63,647 bases of DNA from Euprymna scolopes (lineage: Eukaryota), in NCBI GenBank assembly GCA_053919585.1, contig CM132825.1; one strand, written 5' to 3'. Positions 1-15,000 of this stretch are shown piece by piece. Both the position numbers and the translations under genes were made by a program. Every line of letters begins with the position of its first letter. The first letter of the stretch is position 1. The notes under the pieces were generated by a model. It did not search any database, had not been told where the DNA came from, and saw nothing but the letters and a program-made list of their open reading frames with translations.

Positions 1-3000
1 TAACAACAAGAATAGCACATCGAGAGAATGTATTGAAACAATACTAATAGCACATCGAGAGTCTTTATTGCTATAACACAAATAGCACATCGAGAGAATG
101 TATTGCAACAATACAAATAGCATATCGAGAGATTGTATTGCAACAATACAAATAGCACATCGAGAGAATTTATTGCAACAACACAAGTAGCACATCGAGA
201 GAACGTATTGCAACAACTCAAATAGCACATCGAAAGAATGTATTGCAACAATACACATAGCACATCGAGAGAATGTATTGCAACAATACAAATAGCACAT
301 CGAGAGAATGTATTGAAACAATACAAATAGCACACCGAGAGAATGTATTGCAACAATACAAATAGCACATCGAGAGAATGTATTGCAACAACAAAATAAC
401 ACATCGAGAGAATATATCGCAACAACACAAATAGCAAATCGAGAGAATGTATTGCAACAATACACATAGCACATCAACAAAGTGTATTGCAACAATACGA
501 ATAGCACATCGAGAGAATGTATTGCAGCAACACAAATAGCACATTGTGAGAATGTATTGCAACAATACAAATAGCACATCGAGAGAATGTATTGCAAAAA
601 TAAAAATATCATATCGAGACAATGTATTGCAACAATACAAACAACACATCGTGAGATTGTATCACAACAATACAAATGTCACATTGTGAGAATGTATTGC
701 AACAACACAAGTAGCACATCGACAGAATGTATTGCAACAACACAAGTAGCACATCGACAGAATGTATTACAACAACACAAGTAGAACATCGAGAGAATGT
801 ATTGCAACAATACAAATAGCACATCGAGGGAATGTATTGCAACAACACAAATAGCACATCGAGAGAATTTATTGCAACAACACAAATAGCACATCGAGAG
901 AACGTATTGCAACAAAACAAATAGCACATCGAGAGAATTTATTGCAACAACACAAATAGTACATCGAGAGAATTTATTGCAACAACACAAATAGCACATC
1001 GAGAGAACGTATTGCAACAAAACAAATAGCACATCGAGAGAATCTATTGCAACAACACAAATAGCACATCGAAAGAATGTATTGCAACAACACAAATAGC
1101 ACACCGAGAGGATTTATTGCAACAATACAAATAGCACATCGAGAGGATTTATTGCAACAATACAAATAGCACATCGAGAGAATGTATTGCAACAATACAA
1201 ACAGCACATCGAGAGAATGTATTGCAACAATACAAATTGCACATCGAGAGAATGTATTGCAACAATACAAACAGCACATCGAGAGAATGTATTGCAACAA
1301 TACAAATAACACATCGAGAGGATTTATTGCAACAATACAAATAGCACATCGAGAGAATGTATTGCAACAATACAAATAGCACATCGAGAGGATTCATTGC
1401 AACAATACAAATAGCACATCGAGAGAATGTATTGCAACAATACAAATAGCACATCGAGAGAATATATTGCAACAATACTAATAGCACATCGAGAGAATGT
1501 ATTGCAACAATACAAATAGCACATCCAGAGAATGTATTGCAACAATACAAATAGCACATCGAGAGAATGTATTGCAACAATACAAATAGCACATCGAGAG
1601 ACAGTATAGCAACAATACAAATAGCACATCGAGAGAATGTATTGCAACAACACAAATAGCACATCGAGAGAATGTATTGCAACAATACAAATAGCACATC
1701 GAGAGACAGTATAGCAACAATACAAATAGCACATCGAGAAAATGTATTGCAACAATACAAATAGCACATCGAGAGAATGTATTGCAACAATACAAATAGC
1801 ACATCGAGAGGATTTATTGCAACAATACAAATAGCACATCGAGAGAATGTATTGCAACAATACAAACAGCACATCGAGAGAATGTATTGCAACAATACAA
1901 ATTGCACATCGAGAGAATGTATTGCAACAATACAAATAGCACATCGAGAGAATGTATTGCAACAATACAAATAGCACATCGAGAGAATGTATTGCAACAA
2001 TACAAATAGCACATCGAGAGAATGTATTTCAACAATACAAATAGCACATCGGGAGAATGTATTGCAATAATACAAACAGCACATTGAGTGAATGTATTGT
2101 CAACAATACAAATAGCACATCGAGAGAATGTATTGCAACAATACAAATAACACACCGAGAGAATGTATTGAAACAATACAAATGCAGATCGAGAGAATGT
2201 ATTGCAAAAATACAAATACCACATCGAGAGATTGTATTGCAACAACACAAATAACACACCGAGAGAATATATTGCAACAATACAAATAGCACACCGAGAG
2301 AATATATTGCAACAATACAAATAGCATTTCGAGAGAATATATTGCATCAATACAAATAACACACCGAGAGCATGTATTGCAACAACACAAATAACACACC
2401 AAGAGAATGTATTGCAAAAACACAAATCACACACCGAGAGAATATATTGCAACAATACAAATAACACACCGAGAGAATGTATTGCAAAAACACAAATAAC
2501 ACACCAAGAGAATATATTGCTACAATACAAATAGCACATCGAGAGAATATATTGCAACAATACAAATAGCACACCGAGAGAATGTATTGCAACAATACAA
2601 ATAACACATCGAGAGAATGTATTGCAACAATACAAATAGCACATCGAGAGAATGTATTGCAACAATACAAATAGCACATCGAGAGAATATATTGCAACAA
2701 TACAAATAACACATCGAGAGAATATATTGCAACACTACAAATAGCACATCGAGAGAATGTATTGCAACAATAACAATTGCACACCGAGAGAATGTATTGC
2801 AACAAGACAAATAACACATCGAGGGAATATATTGCAACAATACAAATAGCACATCGAGAGAATATATTGCAACAATACAAATAGCACACCGAGAGAATGT
2901 ATTGCAACAATACAAATAACACATCGAGAGAATATATTGCAACAACACAAATAGCACATCGAGAGAATGTATTGCAACAATACAAATAACACATCGAGAG

Positions 3001-6000
3001 AATATATTGCAACAATACAAATAGCACATCGAGAGAATATATTGCAACAATACAAATAGCACATCGAGAGAATGTATTGCAACCATACAAATAGCACACC
3101 GGGAGAATGTATTGCAACAATACAAATAACACATCGAGAGAATGTATTGCAACAATACAAATAACACATCGAGAGAATGTATTGCAACAATACAAATAGC
3201 ACACTGAGAGAATGTATTGCAACAATACAAATAACACATCGAGAGAATGTATTGCAACAACACAAATAGCACATCGAGAGAATGTATTGCAACAACACAA
3301 ATAGCACACCGAGAGAATATATTGCAACAATAGAAATAGCACACCGAGAGAATGTATTGCAACAACACAAATAGCACATCGAGAGAATGTATTGCAACAA
3401 TACAAATAGCACATCGAGAGAATGTATTGCAACAATACAAATAACACATCGAGAGAATATATTGCAACAATACAAATAGCACACCGAGAGAATGTATTGC
3501 AACAACACAAATATCACATCGAGAGAATGTATTGGAACAATACAAATAGCACATCGAGAGAATATATTGCAAAAATACAAATAGCACACCGAGAGAAGTA
3601 ATTGCAACAACACAAGTAGCACATCGAGAGAATATATTACAACAATACAACTAACACATCGAGAGAATGTATTGCAACAATACAAATAGCACATGGAGAG
3701 AATGTATTGCAACAATACAAATAGCACATCGAGAGAATATATTGCAACAACACAAATAGCACACCGAGAGAATGTATTGCAACAACACAAATAGTACACC
3801 GAGAGAATATATTGCAACAATACAAATAGCACATCGAGAGAAGGTATTGCAACAACACAAATAGCACACCGAGAGAATATATTGCAACAATACAAATAAC
3901 ACATCGAGAGAATGTATTGCAACAACACAAATAGCACATCGAGAGAATTTATTGCAACAACACAAATAGCACATCGAGAGAATGTATCGCAACAATACAA
4001 ATAGCACACCGAGAGAATGTATTGCAACAACACAAATAGCACACCGAGAGAATATATTGCAACAATACAAATAACACATCGAGAGAATATATTGCAACAA
4101 TACAAATAGCACATCGAGAGAATGTATTGAAACAATACAAATAGCACATCGAGAGAATGTATTGCAACAACACAAATTGCACACCGAGAGAATGTATTGC
4201 AACAATACAAATAGCACATCGAGAGAATGTATCGCAACAATACAAATAGCACACCGAGAGAATGTATTGCAACAACACAAATAGCACACCGAGAGAATAT
4301 ATTGCAACAATACAAATAACACATCGAGAGAATATATTGCAACAATACAAATAGCACATCGAGAGAATGTATTGAAACAATACAAATAGCACATCGAGAG
4401 AATGTATTGCAACAACACAAATAGCACACCGAGAGAATGTATTGCAACAATACAAATAGCACATCGAGAGAATGTATTGCAACAACACAAATAGTACACC
4501 GAGAGAATATATTGCAACAACACAAATAGCACATCGAGAGAATGTATTGCAACAATACAAATAGCACACCGAGAGAATGTATTGCAACAATACAAATAGC
4601 ACATCCAGAGAATGTATTGAAACAATACAAATAGCACATACAGAGAATGTATTGCAACAACACAAATAGCACATCGAGAGAATGTATTGCAACAATACAA
4701 ATAGCACATCGAGAGAATGTATTGCAACAATACAAATAGCACACCGAGAGAATGTATTGCAACAATACAAATAGCACATCGAGAGAATGTATTGCAACAA
4801 TACAAATAACACACCGAGAGAATGTATTGCAACAAATACAAATAGCACATCGAGAGAATGTATTGCAACAACACAAATTGCACATCGAGAGAATGTATTG
4901 CAACAACACAAATAGCACACCGAGAGAATGTATTGCAACAATACAAATAGCACATCGAGAGAATGTATTGCAACAATACAAATAGCACATCGAGAGAATG
5001 TATTGCAACAATACAAATAGCACATCGAGAGAATGTATTGCAACAATACAAATAGCCACCGAGAGAATGTATTGAAACAATACAAATAGCACACCGAGAG
5101 AATGTATTGAAACAATACAAATAGCACATCGAGAGAATGTATTGCAACAATACAAATAGCACATCGAGAGAATGTATTGCAACAATACAAATAGCACATC
5201 GAGAGTCTGTATTGCAACAACACAAATAGCACACCGAGAGAATGTATTGCAACAATACAAATAGCACATCGAGAGAATGTATTGAAACAATACAAATAGC
5301 ACATCGAGAGAATTTATTGCAACAACACAAATTGCACATCGAGAGAATGTATTGCAACAATACAAATAGCACATCGAGAGAATGTATTGCAACAATACAA
5401 ATAGTACACCGAGAGAATATATTGCAACAATACAAATAGCACATCGAGAGAAAGTATTGCAACAACACAAATAGCACACCGAGAGAATATATTGCAACAA
5501 TACAAATAACACATCGAGAGAATGTATTGGAACAACACAAATTGCACATCGAGAGAATGTATTGCAACAATACAAATAACACACCGAGAGAATGTATTGC
5601 AACAAATACAAATAGCACATCGAGAGAATGTATTGCAACAACACAAATAGCACATCGAGAGAATGTATTGCAACAATACAAATAGCACACCGAGAGAATG
5701 TATTGCAACAATACAAATAGCACATCGAGAGAATGTATTGAAACAATACAAATAGCACATCGAGAGAATTTATTGCAACAACACAAATTGCACATCGAGA
5801 GAATGTATTGCAACAATACAAATAGCACATCGAGAGAATGTATTGCAACAATACAAATAGTACACCGAGAGAATATATTGCAACAATACAAATAGCACAT
5901 CGAGAGAAAGTATTGCAACAACACAAATAGCACACCGAGAGAATATATTGCAACAATACAAATAACACATCGAGAGAATGTATTGGAACAACACAAATTG

Positions 6001-9000
6001 CACATCGAGAGAATGTATTGCAACAATACAAATAACACACCGAGAGAATGTATTGCAACAAATACAAATAGCACATCGAGAGAATGTATTGCAACAACAC
6101 AAATAGCACATCGAGAGAATGTATTGCAACAATACAAATAGCACACCGAGAGAATGTATTGCAACAATACAAATAGCACATCGAGAGAATGTATTGAAAC
6201 AATACAAATAGCACACCGAGAGAATGTATTCCAACAAATACAAATAGCACATCGAGAGAATGTATTGCAATAACACATATTGCACATCGAGAGAATGTAT
6301 TGCAACAACACAAATAGCACACCGAGAGAATGTATTGCAACAATACAAATAGCACAACGAGAGAATGTATTGCAACAACACAAATAGCACATCGAGAGAA
6401 TGTATTGCAACAATACAAATAGCACATCGAGAGAATGTATTGCAACAATACAAATAGCCACCGAGAGAATGTATTGAAACAATACAAATAGCACACCGAG
6501 AGAATGTATTGAAACAATACAAATAGCACATCGAGAGAATGTATTGCAACAATACAAATAGCACATCGAGAGAATGTATTGCAACAATACAAATAGCACA
6601 TCGAGAGTCTGTATTGCAACAACACAAATAGCACACCGAGAGAATGTATTGCAACAATACAAATAGCACATCGAGAGAATGTATTGCAACAACACAAATA
6701 GCACATCGAGAGAATGTATTGCAACAATACAAATAGCACAACGAGAGAATGTATTGCACCAATACAAATAGCACATCGAGAGAATGTATTGCAACAATAC
6801 AAATAGCACATCGAGAGAATGTATTGCAACAATACAAATAGCACACCGAGAGAATGTATTGAAACAATACAAATAGCACACCGAGAGAATGTATAGAAAC
6901 AATACAAATAGCACATCGAGAGAATGTATTGCAAGAACACAAATAGCACATCGAGAGAATGTATTGCAACAATACAAATAGCACACCGAGAGAATGTATT
7001 GAAACAATACAAATAGCACACCGAGAGAATGTATTGAAACAATACAAATAGCACATCGAGAGAATGTATTGCAACAATACAAATAGCACATCGAGAGAAT
7101 TTATTGAAACAATACAAATAGCACATCGAGAGAATGTATTGCAACAATACAAATAGCACACCGAGAGAATGTATTGAAACAATACAAATTGCACATCGAG
7201 AGAATGTATTGAAACAATACAAATAGCACATCAAGAGAATGTATTGCAACAATACAAATAGCACATCGAGAGAATGTATTGCAACAATACAAATAGCACA
7301 TCGAGAGAATGTATTGCAACAATACAAATAGCACATCCAGAGAATGTATTGCAACAATACAAATAGCACACCGAGAGAATGTATTGAAACAATACAAATA
7401 GCACACCGAGAGAATGTATTGAAACAACACAAATTGCACATCGAGAGAATGTATTGCAACAATACAAATAGCACACCGAGAGAATGTATTGCAACAACAC
7501 AAATAAGACATCGAGAGAATGTATTGAAACAATACAAATAGCACATCGAGAGAATGTATTGCAACAATACAAATAGCACATCGACAGAATGTATTGCAAC
7601 AATACAAATAGCACACCGAGAGAATGTATTGAAACAATACAAATAGCACATCGAGAGAATGTATTGCAACAACACAAATAAGACATCGAGAGAATGTATT
7701 GCAACAACACAAATTGCACATCGAGAGAATGTATTGCAACAATACAAATTGCACATCGAGAGAATGTATTGCAACAATACAAATTGCACATCGAGAGAAT
7801 GTATTGCAACAATAAAAATTGCACATCGAGAGAATGTATTGCAACAACACAAATAGGACATCGAGAGAATGTATTGCAACAATACTAATAGCACATCGAG
7901 AGAATGTATTGCAACAATACAAATAGCACATCGAGAGAATGTATTTCAACAATACAAATAGCACACCGAGAGAATGTATTGCAACAATACAAATAGCACA
8001 TCGAGAGAATGTATTGAAACAATACAAATAGCACACCGAGAGAATGTATTGCAACAATACAAATAGCACATCGAGAGAATGTATTGCAACAATACAAATT
8101 GCACATCGAGTGAATGTATTGAAACAATACAAATAGCACACCGAGAGAATGTATTGCAACAACACAAATAAGACATCGAGAGAATGTATTGCAACAATAC
8201 TAATAGCACATCGAGAGAATGTATTGCAACAATATAAATAGCACACCGAGAGAATGTATTGAAACAATACAAATAGCACACCGAGAGAATGTATTGAAAC
8301 AACACAAATTGCACATCGAGAGAATGTATTGCAACAATACAAATTGCACATCGAGAGAATGTATTGCAACAACACAAATAAGACATCGAGAGAATGTATT
8401 GCAACAATACAAATAGCACATCGAGAGAATGTATTGAAACAATACAAATAGCACATCGAGAGAATGTATTGCAACAATACAAATAAGACATAGAGAGAAT
8501 GTATTGCAACAATACAAATAAGACATCGAGGGAATGTATTGCAACAATACAAATAGCACATCGAGAGAATGTATTGCAACAATACAAATAACACACCGAG
8601 AGAATGTATTGCAACAACCCAAATAAGACATCGAGAGAATGTATTGCAACAATACTAATAGCACATCGAGAGAATGTATTGCAACAATACAAATAGCACA
8701 TCGAGAGAATGTATTGCAACAATACAAATAACACATCGAGAGAATATATTGCAACAATACAAATAACACATCGAGAGAATATATTGCAACAATACAAATA
8801 GCACATCGAGAGAATGTATTGCAACAATAACAATTGCACACCGAGAGAATGTATTGCAACAAGACAAATAACACATCGAGGGAATATATTGCAACAATAC
8901 AAATAGCACATCGATAGAATATATTGCAACAATACAAATAGCACACCGAGAGAATGTATTGCAACAATACAAATAACACATCGAGAGAATATATTGCAAC

Positions 9001-12000
9001 AACACAAATAGCACATCGAGAGAATGTATTGCAACAATACAAATAACACATCGAGAGAATATATTGCAACAATACAAATAGCACATCGAGAGAATATATT
9101 GCAACAATACAAATAGCACATCGAGAGAATGTATTGCAACAATACAAATAGCACACCGAGAGAATGTATTACAACAACACAAATAGCACATCGAGAGAAT
9201 ATATTGCAACAATACAAATAGCACATCGAGAGAATGTATTGCAACAACACAAATAGCACATCGAGAGAATGTATTGCAACAATACAAATAGGACACCGAG
9301 AGAATGTATTGCAACAATACAAATAACACATCGAGAGAATGTATTGCAACAATACAAATAGCACATCGAGAGAATGTATTGCAACAATACAAATAGCACA
9401 CCGAGAGAATGTATTGCAACAATACAAACAGCACATCGAGAGAATGTATTGAAACAATACAAATAGCACACCGAGAGAATGTATTGCAACAATACAAATA
9501 ACACATCGAGAGAATGTATTGCAACAATACAAATAGCACATCGAGAGAATGTATTGCAACAATACAAATTGCACATCGAGAGAATGTATTGCAACAATAC
9601 AAATAGCACACCGAGAGAATGTATTGCAACAATACAAATAGCACATCGAGAGAATATATTGCAACAATACAAATTGCACATCGAGAGAATGTATTGCAAC
9701 AATACAAATAGCACACCGAGAGAATGTATTGCAACAACACAAATAAGACATCGAGAGAATGTATTGCAACAATACTAATAGCACATCGAGAGAATGTATT
9801 GCAACAATACAAATAGCACACCGAGAGAATGTATTGAAACAATACAAATAGCACACCGAGAGAATGTATTGAAACAACACAAATTTCACATCGAGAGAAT
9901 GTATTGCAACAATACAAATTGCACATCGAGAGAATGTATTGCAACAACACAAATAAGACATCGAGAGAATGTATTGCAACAATACAAATAGCACATCGAG
10001 AGAATGTATTGAAACAATACAAATAGCACATCGAGAGAATGTATTGCAACAATACAAATAAGACACCGAGAGAATGTATTGCAACAATACAAATAAGACA
10101 TCGAGAGAATGTATTGCAACAATACAAATAGCACATCGAGAGAATGTATTGCAACAATACAAATAACACACCGAGAGAATGTATTGCAACAACCCAAATA
10201 AGACATCGAGAGAATGTATTGCAACAATACTAATAGCACATCGAGAGAATGTATTGCAACAATACAAATAGCACATCGAGAGAATGTATTGCAACAATAC
10301 AAATAACACATCGAGAGAATATATTGCAACAATACAAATAACACATCGAGAGAATATATTGCAACAATACAAATAGCACATCGAGAGAATGTATTGCAAC
10401 AATAACAATTGCACACCGAGAGAATGTATTGCAACAAGACAAATAACACATCGAGGGAATATATTGCAACAATACAAATAGCACATCGAGAGAATATATT
10501 GCAACAATACAAATAGCACACCGAGAGAATGTATTGCAACAATACAAATAACACATCGAGAGAATATATTGCAACAACACAAATAGCACATCGAGAGAAT
10601 GTATTGCAACAATACAAATAACACATCGAGAGAATATATTGCAACAATACAAATAGCACATCGAGAGAATATATTGCAACAATACAAATTGCACACCGAG
10701 AGAATGTATTGCAACAATACAAATAGCACACCGAGAGAATGTATTACAACAACACAAATAGCGCATCGAGAGAATATATTGCAACAATACAAATAGCACA
10801 TCGAGAGAATGTATTGCAACAACACAAATAGCACATCGAGAGAATGTATTGCAACAATACAAATAGGACACCGAGAGAATGTATTGCAACAATACAAATA
10901 ACACATCGAGAGAATGTATTGCAACAATACAAATAGCACATCGAGAGAATGTATTGCAACAATACAAATAGCACACCGAGAGAATGTATTGCAACAATAC
11001 AAACAGCACATCGAGAGAATGTATTGAAACAATACAAATAGCACACCGAGAGAATGTATTGAAACAACACAAATTGCACATCGAGAGAATGTATTGCAAC
11101 AATACAAATTGCACATCGAGAGAATGTATTGCAACAACACAAATAAGACATCGAGAGAATGTATTGCAACAATACAAATAGCACATCGAGAGAATGTATT
11201 GAAACAATACAAATAGCACATCGAGAGAATGTATTGCAACAATACAAATAAGACATAGAGAGAATGTATTGCAACAATACAAATAAGACATCGAGGGAAT
11301 GTATTGCAACAATACAAATAGCACATCGAGAGAATGTATTGCAACAATACAAATAACACACCGAGAGAATGTATTGCAACAACCCAAATAAGACATCGAG
11401 AGAATGTATTGCAACAATACTAATAGCACATCGAGAGAATGTATTGCAACAATACAAATAGCACATCGAGAGAATGTATTGCAACAATACAAATAACACA
11501 TCGAGAGAATATATTGCAACAATACAAATAACACATCGAGAGAATATATTGCAACAATACAAATAGCACATCGAGAGAATGTATTGCAACAATAACAATT
11601 GCACACCGAGAGAATGTATTGCAACAAGACAAATAACACATCGAGGGAATATATTGCAACAATACAAATAGCACATCGATAGAATATATTGCAACAATAC
11701 AAATAGCACACCGAGAGAATGTATTGCAACAATACAAATAACACATCGAGAGAATATATTGCAACAACACAAATAGCACATCGAGAGAATGTATTGCAAC
11801 AATACAAATAACACATCGAGAGAATATATTGCAACAATACAAATAGCACATCGAGAGAATATATTGCAACAATACAAATAGCACATCGAGAGAATGTATT
11901 GCAACAATACAAATAGCACACCGAGAGAATGTATTACAACAACACAAATAGCACATCGAGAGAATATATTGCAACAATACAAATAGCACATCGAGAGAAT

Positions 12001-15000
12001 GTATTGCAACAACACAAATAGCACATCGAGAGAATGTATTGCAACAATACAAATAGGACACCGAGAGAATGTATTGCAACAATACAAATAACACATCGAG
12101 AGAATGTATTGCAACAATACAAATAGCACATCGAGAGAATGTATTGCAACAATACAAATAGCACACCGAGAGAATGTATTGCAACAATACAAACAGCACA
12201 TCGAGAGAATGTATTGAAACAATACAAATAGCACACCGAGAGAATGTATTGCAACAATACAAATAACACATCGAGAGAATGTATTGCAACAATACAAATA
12301 GCACATCGAGAGAATGTATTGCAACAATACAAATTGCACATCGAGAGAATGTATTGCAACAATACAAATAGCACACCGAGAGAATGTATTGCAACAATAC
12401 AAATAGCACATCGAGAGAATATATTGCAACAATACAAATTGCACATCGAGAGAATGTATTGCAACAATACAAATAGCACACCGAGAGAATGTATTGCAAC
12501 AACACAAATAAGACATCGAGAGAATGTATTGCAACAATACTAATAGCACATCGAGAGAATGTATTGCAACAATACAAATAGCACACCGAGAGAATGTATT
12601 GAAACAATACAAATAGCACACCGAGAGAATGTATTGAAACAACACAAATTTCACATCGAGAGAATGTATTGCAACAATACAAATTGCACATCGAGAGAAT
12701 GTATTGCAACAACACAAATAAGACATCGAGAGAATGTATTGCAACAATACAAATAGCACATCGAGAGAATGTATTGAAACAATACAAATAGCACATCGAG
12801 AGAATGTATTGCAACAATACAAATAAGACACCGAGAGAATGTATTGCAACAATACAAATAAGACATCGAGAGAATGTATTGCAACAATACAAATAGCACA
12901 TCGAGAGAATGTATTGCAACAATACAAATAACACACCGAGAGAATGTATTGCAACAACCCAAATAAGACATCGAGAGAATGTATTGCAACAATACTAATA
13001 GCACATCGAGAGAATGTATTGCAACAATACAAATAGCACATCGAGAGAATGTATTGCAACAATACAAATAACACATCGAGAGAATATATTGCAACAATAC
13101 AAATAACACATCGAGAGAATATATTGCAACAATACAAATAGCACATCGAGAGAATGTATTGCAACAATAACAATTGCACACCGAGAGAATGTATTGCAAC
13201 AAGACAAATAACACATCGAGGGAATATATTGCAACAATACAAATAGCACATCGAGAGAATATATTGCAACAATACAAATAGCACACCGAGAGAATGTATT
13301 GCAACAATACAAATAACACATCGAGAGAATATATTGCAACAACACAAATAGCACATCGAGAGAATGTATTGCAACAATACAAATAACACATCGAGAGAAT
13401 ATATTGCAACAATACAAATAGCACATCGAGAGAATATATTGCAACAATACAAATTGCACACCGAGAGAATGTATTGCAACAATACAAATAGCACACCGAG
13501 AGAATGTATTACAACAACACAAATAGCGCATCGAGAGAATATATTGCAACAATACAAATAGCACATCGAGAGAATGTATTGCAACAACACAAATAGCACA
13601 TCGAGAGAATGTATTGCAACAATACAAATAGGACACCGAGAGAATGTATTGCAACAATACAAATAACACATCGAGAGAATGTATTGCAACAATACAAATA
13701 GCACATCGAGAGAATGTATTGCAACAATACAAATAGCACACCGAGAGAATGTATTGCAACAATACAAACAGCACATCGAGAGAATGTATTGAAACAATAC
13801 AAATAGCACACCGAGAGAATGTATTGCAACAATACAAATAACACATCGAGAGAATGTATTGCAACAATACAAATAGCACATCGAGAGAATGTATTGCAAC
13901 AATACAAATTGCACATCGAGAGAATGTATTGCAACAATACAAATAGCACACCGAGAGAATGTATTGCAACAATACAAATAGCACATCGAGAGAATATATT
14001 GCAACAATACAAATTGGACATCGAGAGAATGTATTGCAACAATACAAATAGCACACCGAGAGAATGTATTGCAACAACACAAATAAGACATCGAGAGAAT
14101 GTATTGCAACAATACTAATAGCACATCGAGAGAATGTATTGCAACAATACAAATAGCACACCGAGAGAATGTATTGAAACAATACAAATAGCACACCGAG
14201 AGAATGTATTGAAACAACACAAATTTCACATCGAGAGAATGTATTGCAACAATACAAATTGCACATCGAGAGAATGTATTGCAACAACACAAATAAGACA
14301 TCGAGAGAATGTATTGCAACAATACAAATAGCACATCGAGAGAATGTATTGAAACAATACAAATAGCACATCGAGAAAATGTATTGCAACAATACAAATA
14401 AGACACCGAGAGAATGTATTGCAACAATACAAATAAGACATCGAGAGAATGTATTGCAACAATACAAATAGCACATCGAGAGAATGTATTGAAACAATAC
14501 AAATAGCACATCGAGAGAATGTATTGCAACAATACAAATAGCACATCGAGAGAATGTATTGCAACAATACAAATAACACACCGAGAGAATGTATTGCAAC
14601 AACACAAATAGCACATCGAGAGAATGTATTGCAACAATACTAATAGCACATCGAGAGAATGTATTGCAACAATACAAATAGCACATCGAGAGAATGTATT
14701 GCAACAATACAAATAACACATCGAGAGAATATATTGCAACAATACAAATAACACATCGAGAGAATATATTGCAACAATACAAATAGCACACCGAGAGAAT
14801 GTATTGCAACAATAACAATTGCACACCGAGAGAATGTATTGCAACAAGACAAATAACACCTCGAGGGAATATATTGCAACAATACAAATAGCACATCGAG
14901 AGAATATATTGCAACAATACAAATAGCACACCGAGAGAATGTATTGCAACAATACAAATAGCACATCGAGAGAATATATTGCAACAACACAAATAGCACA

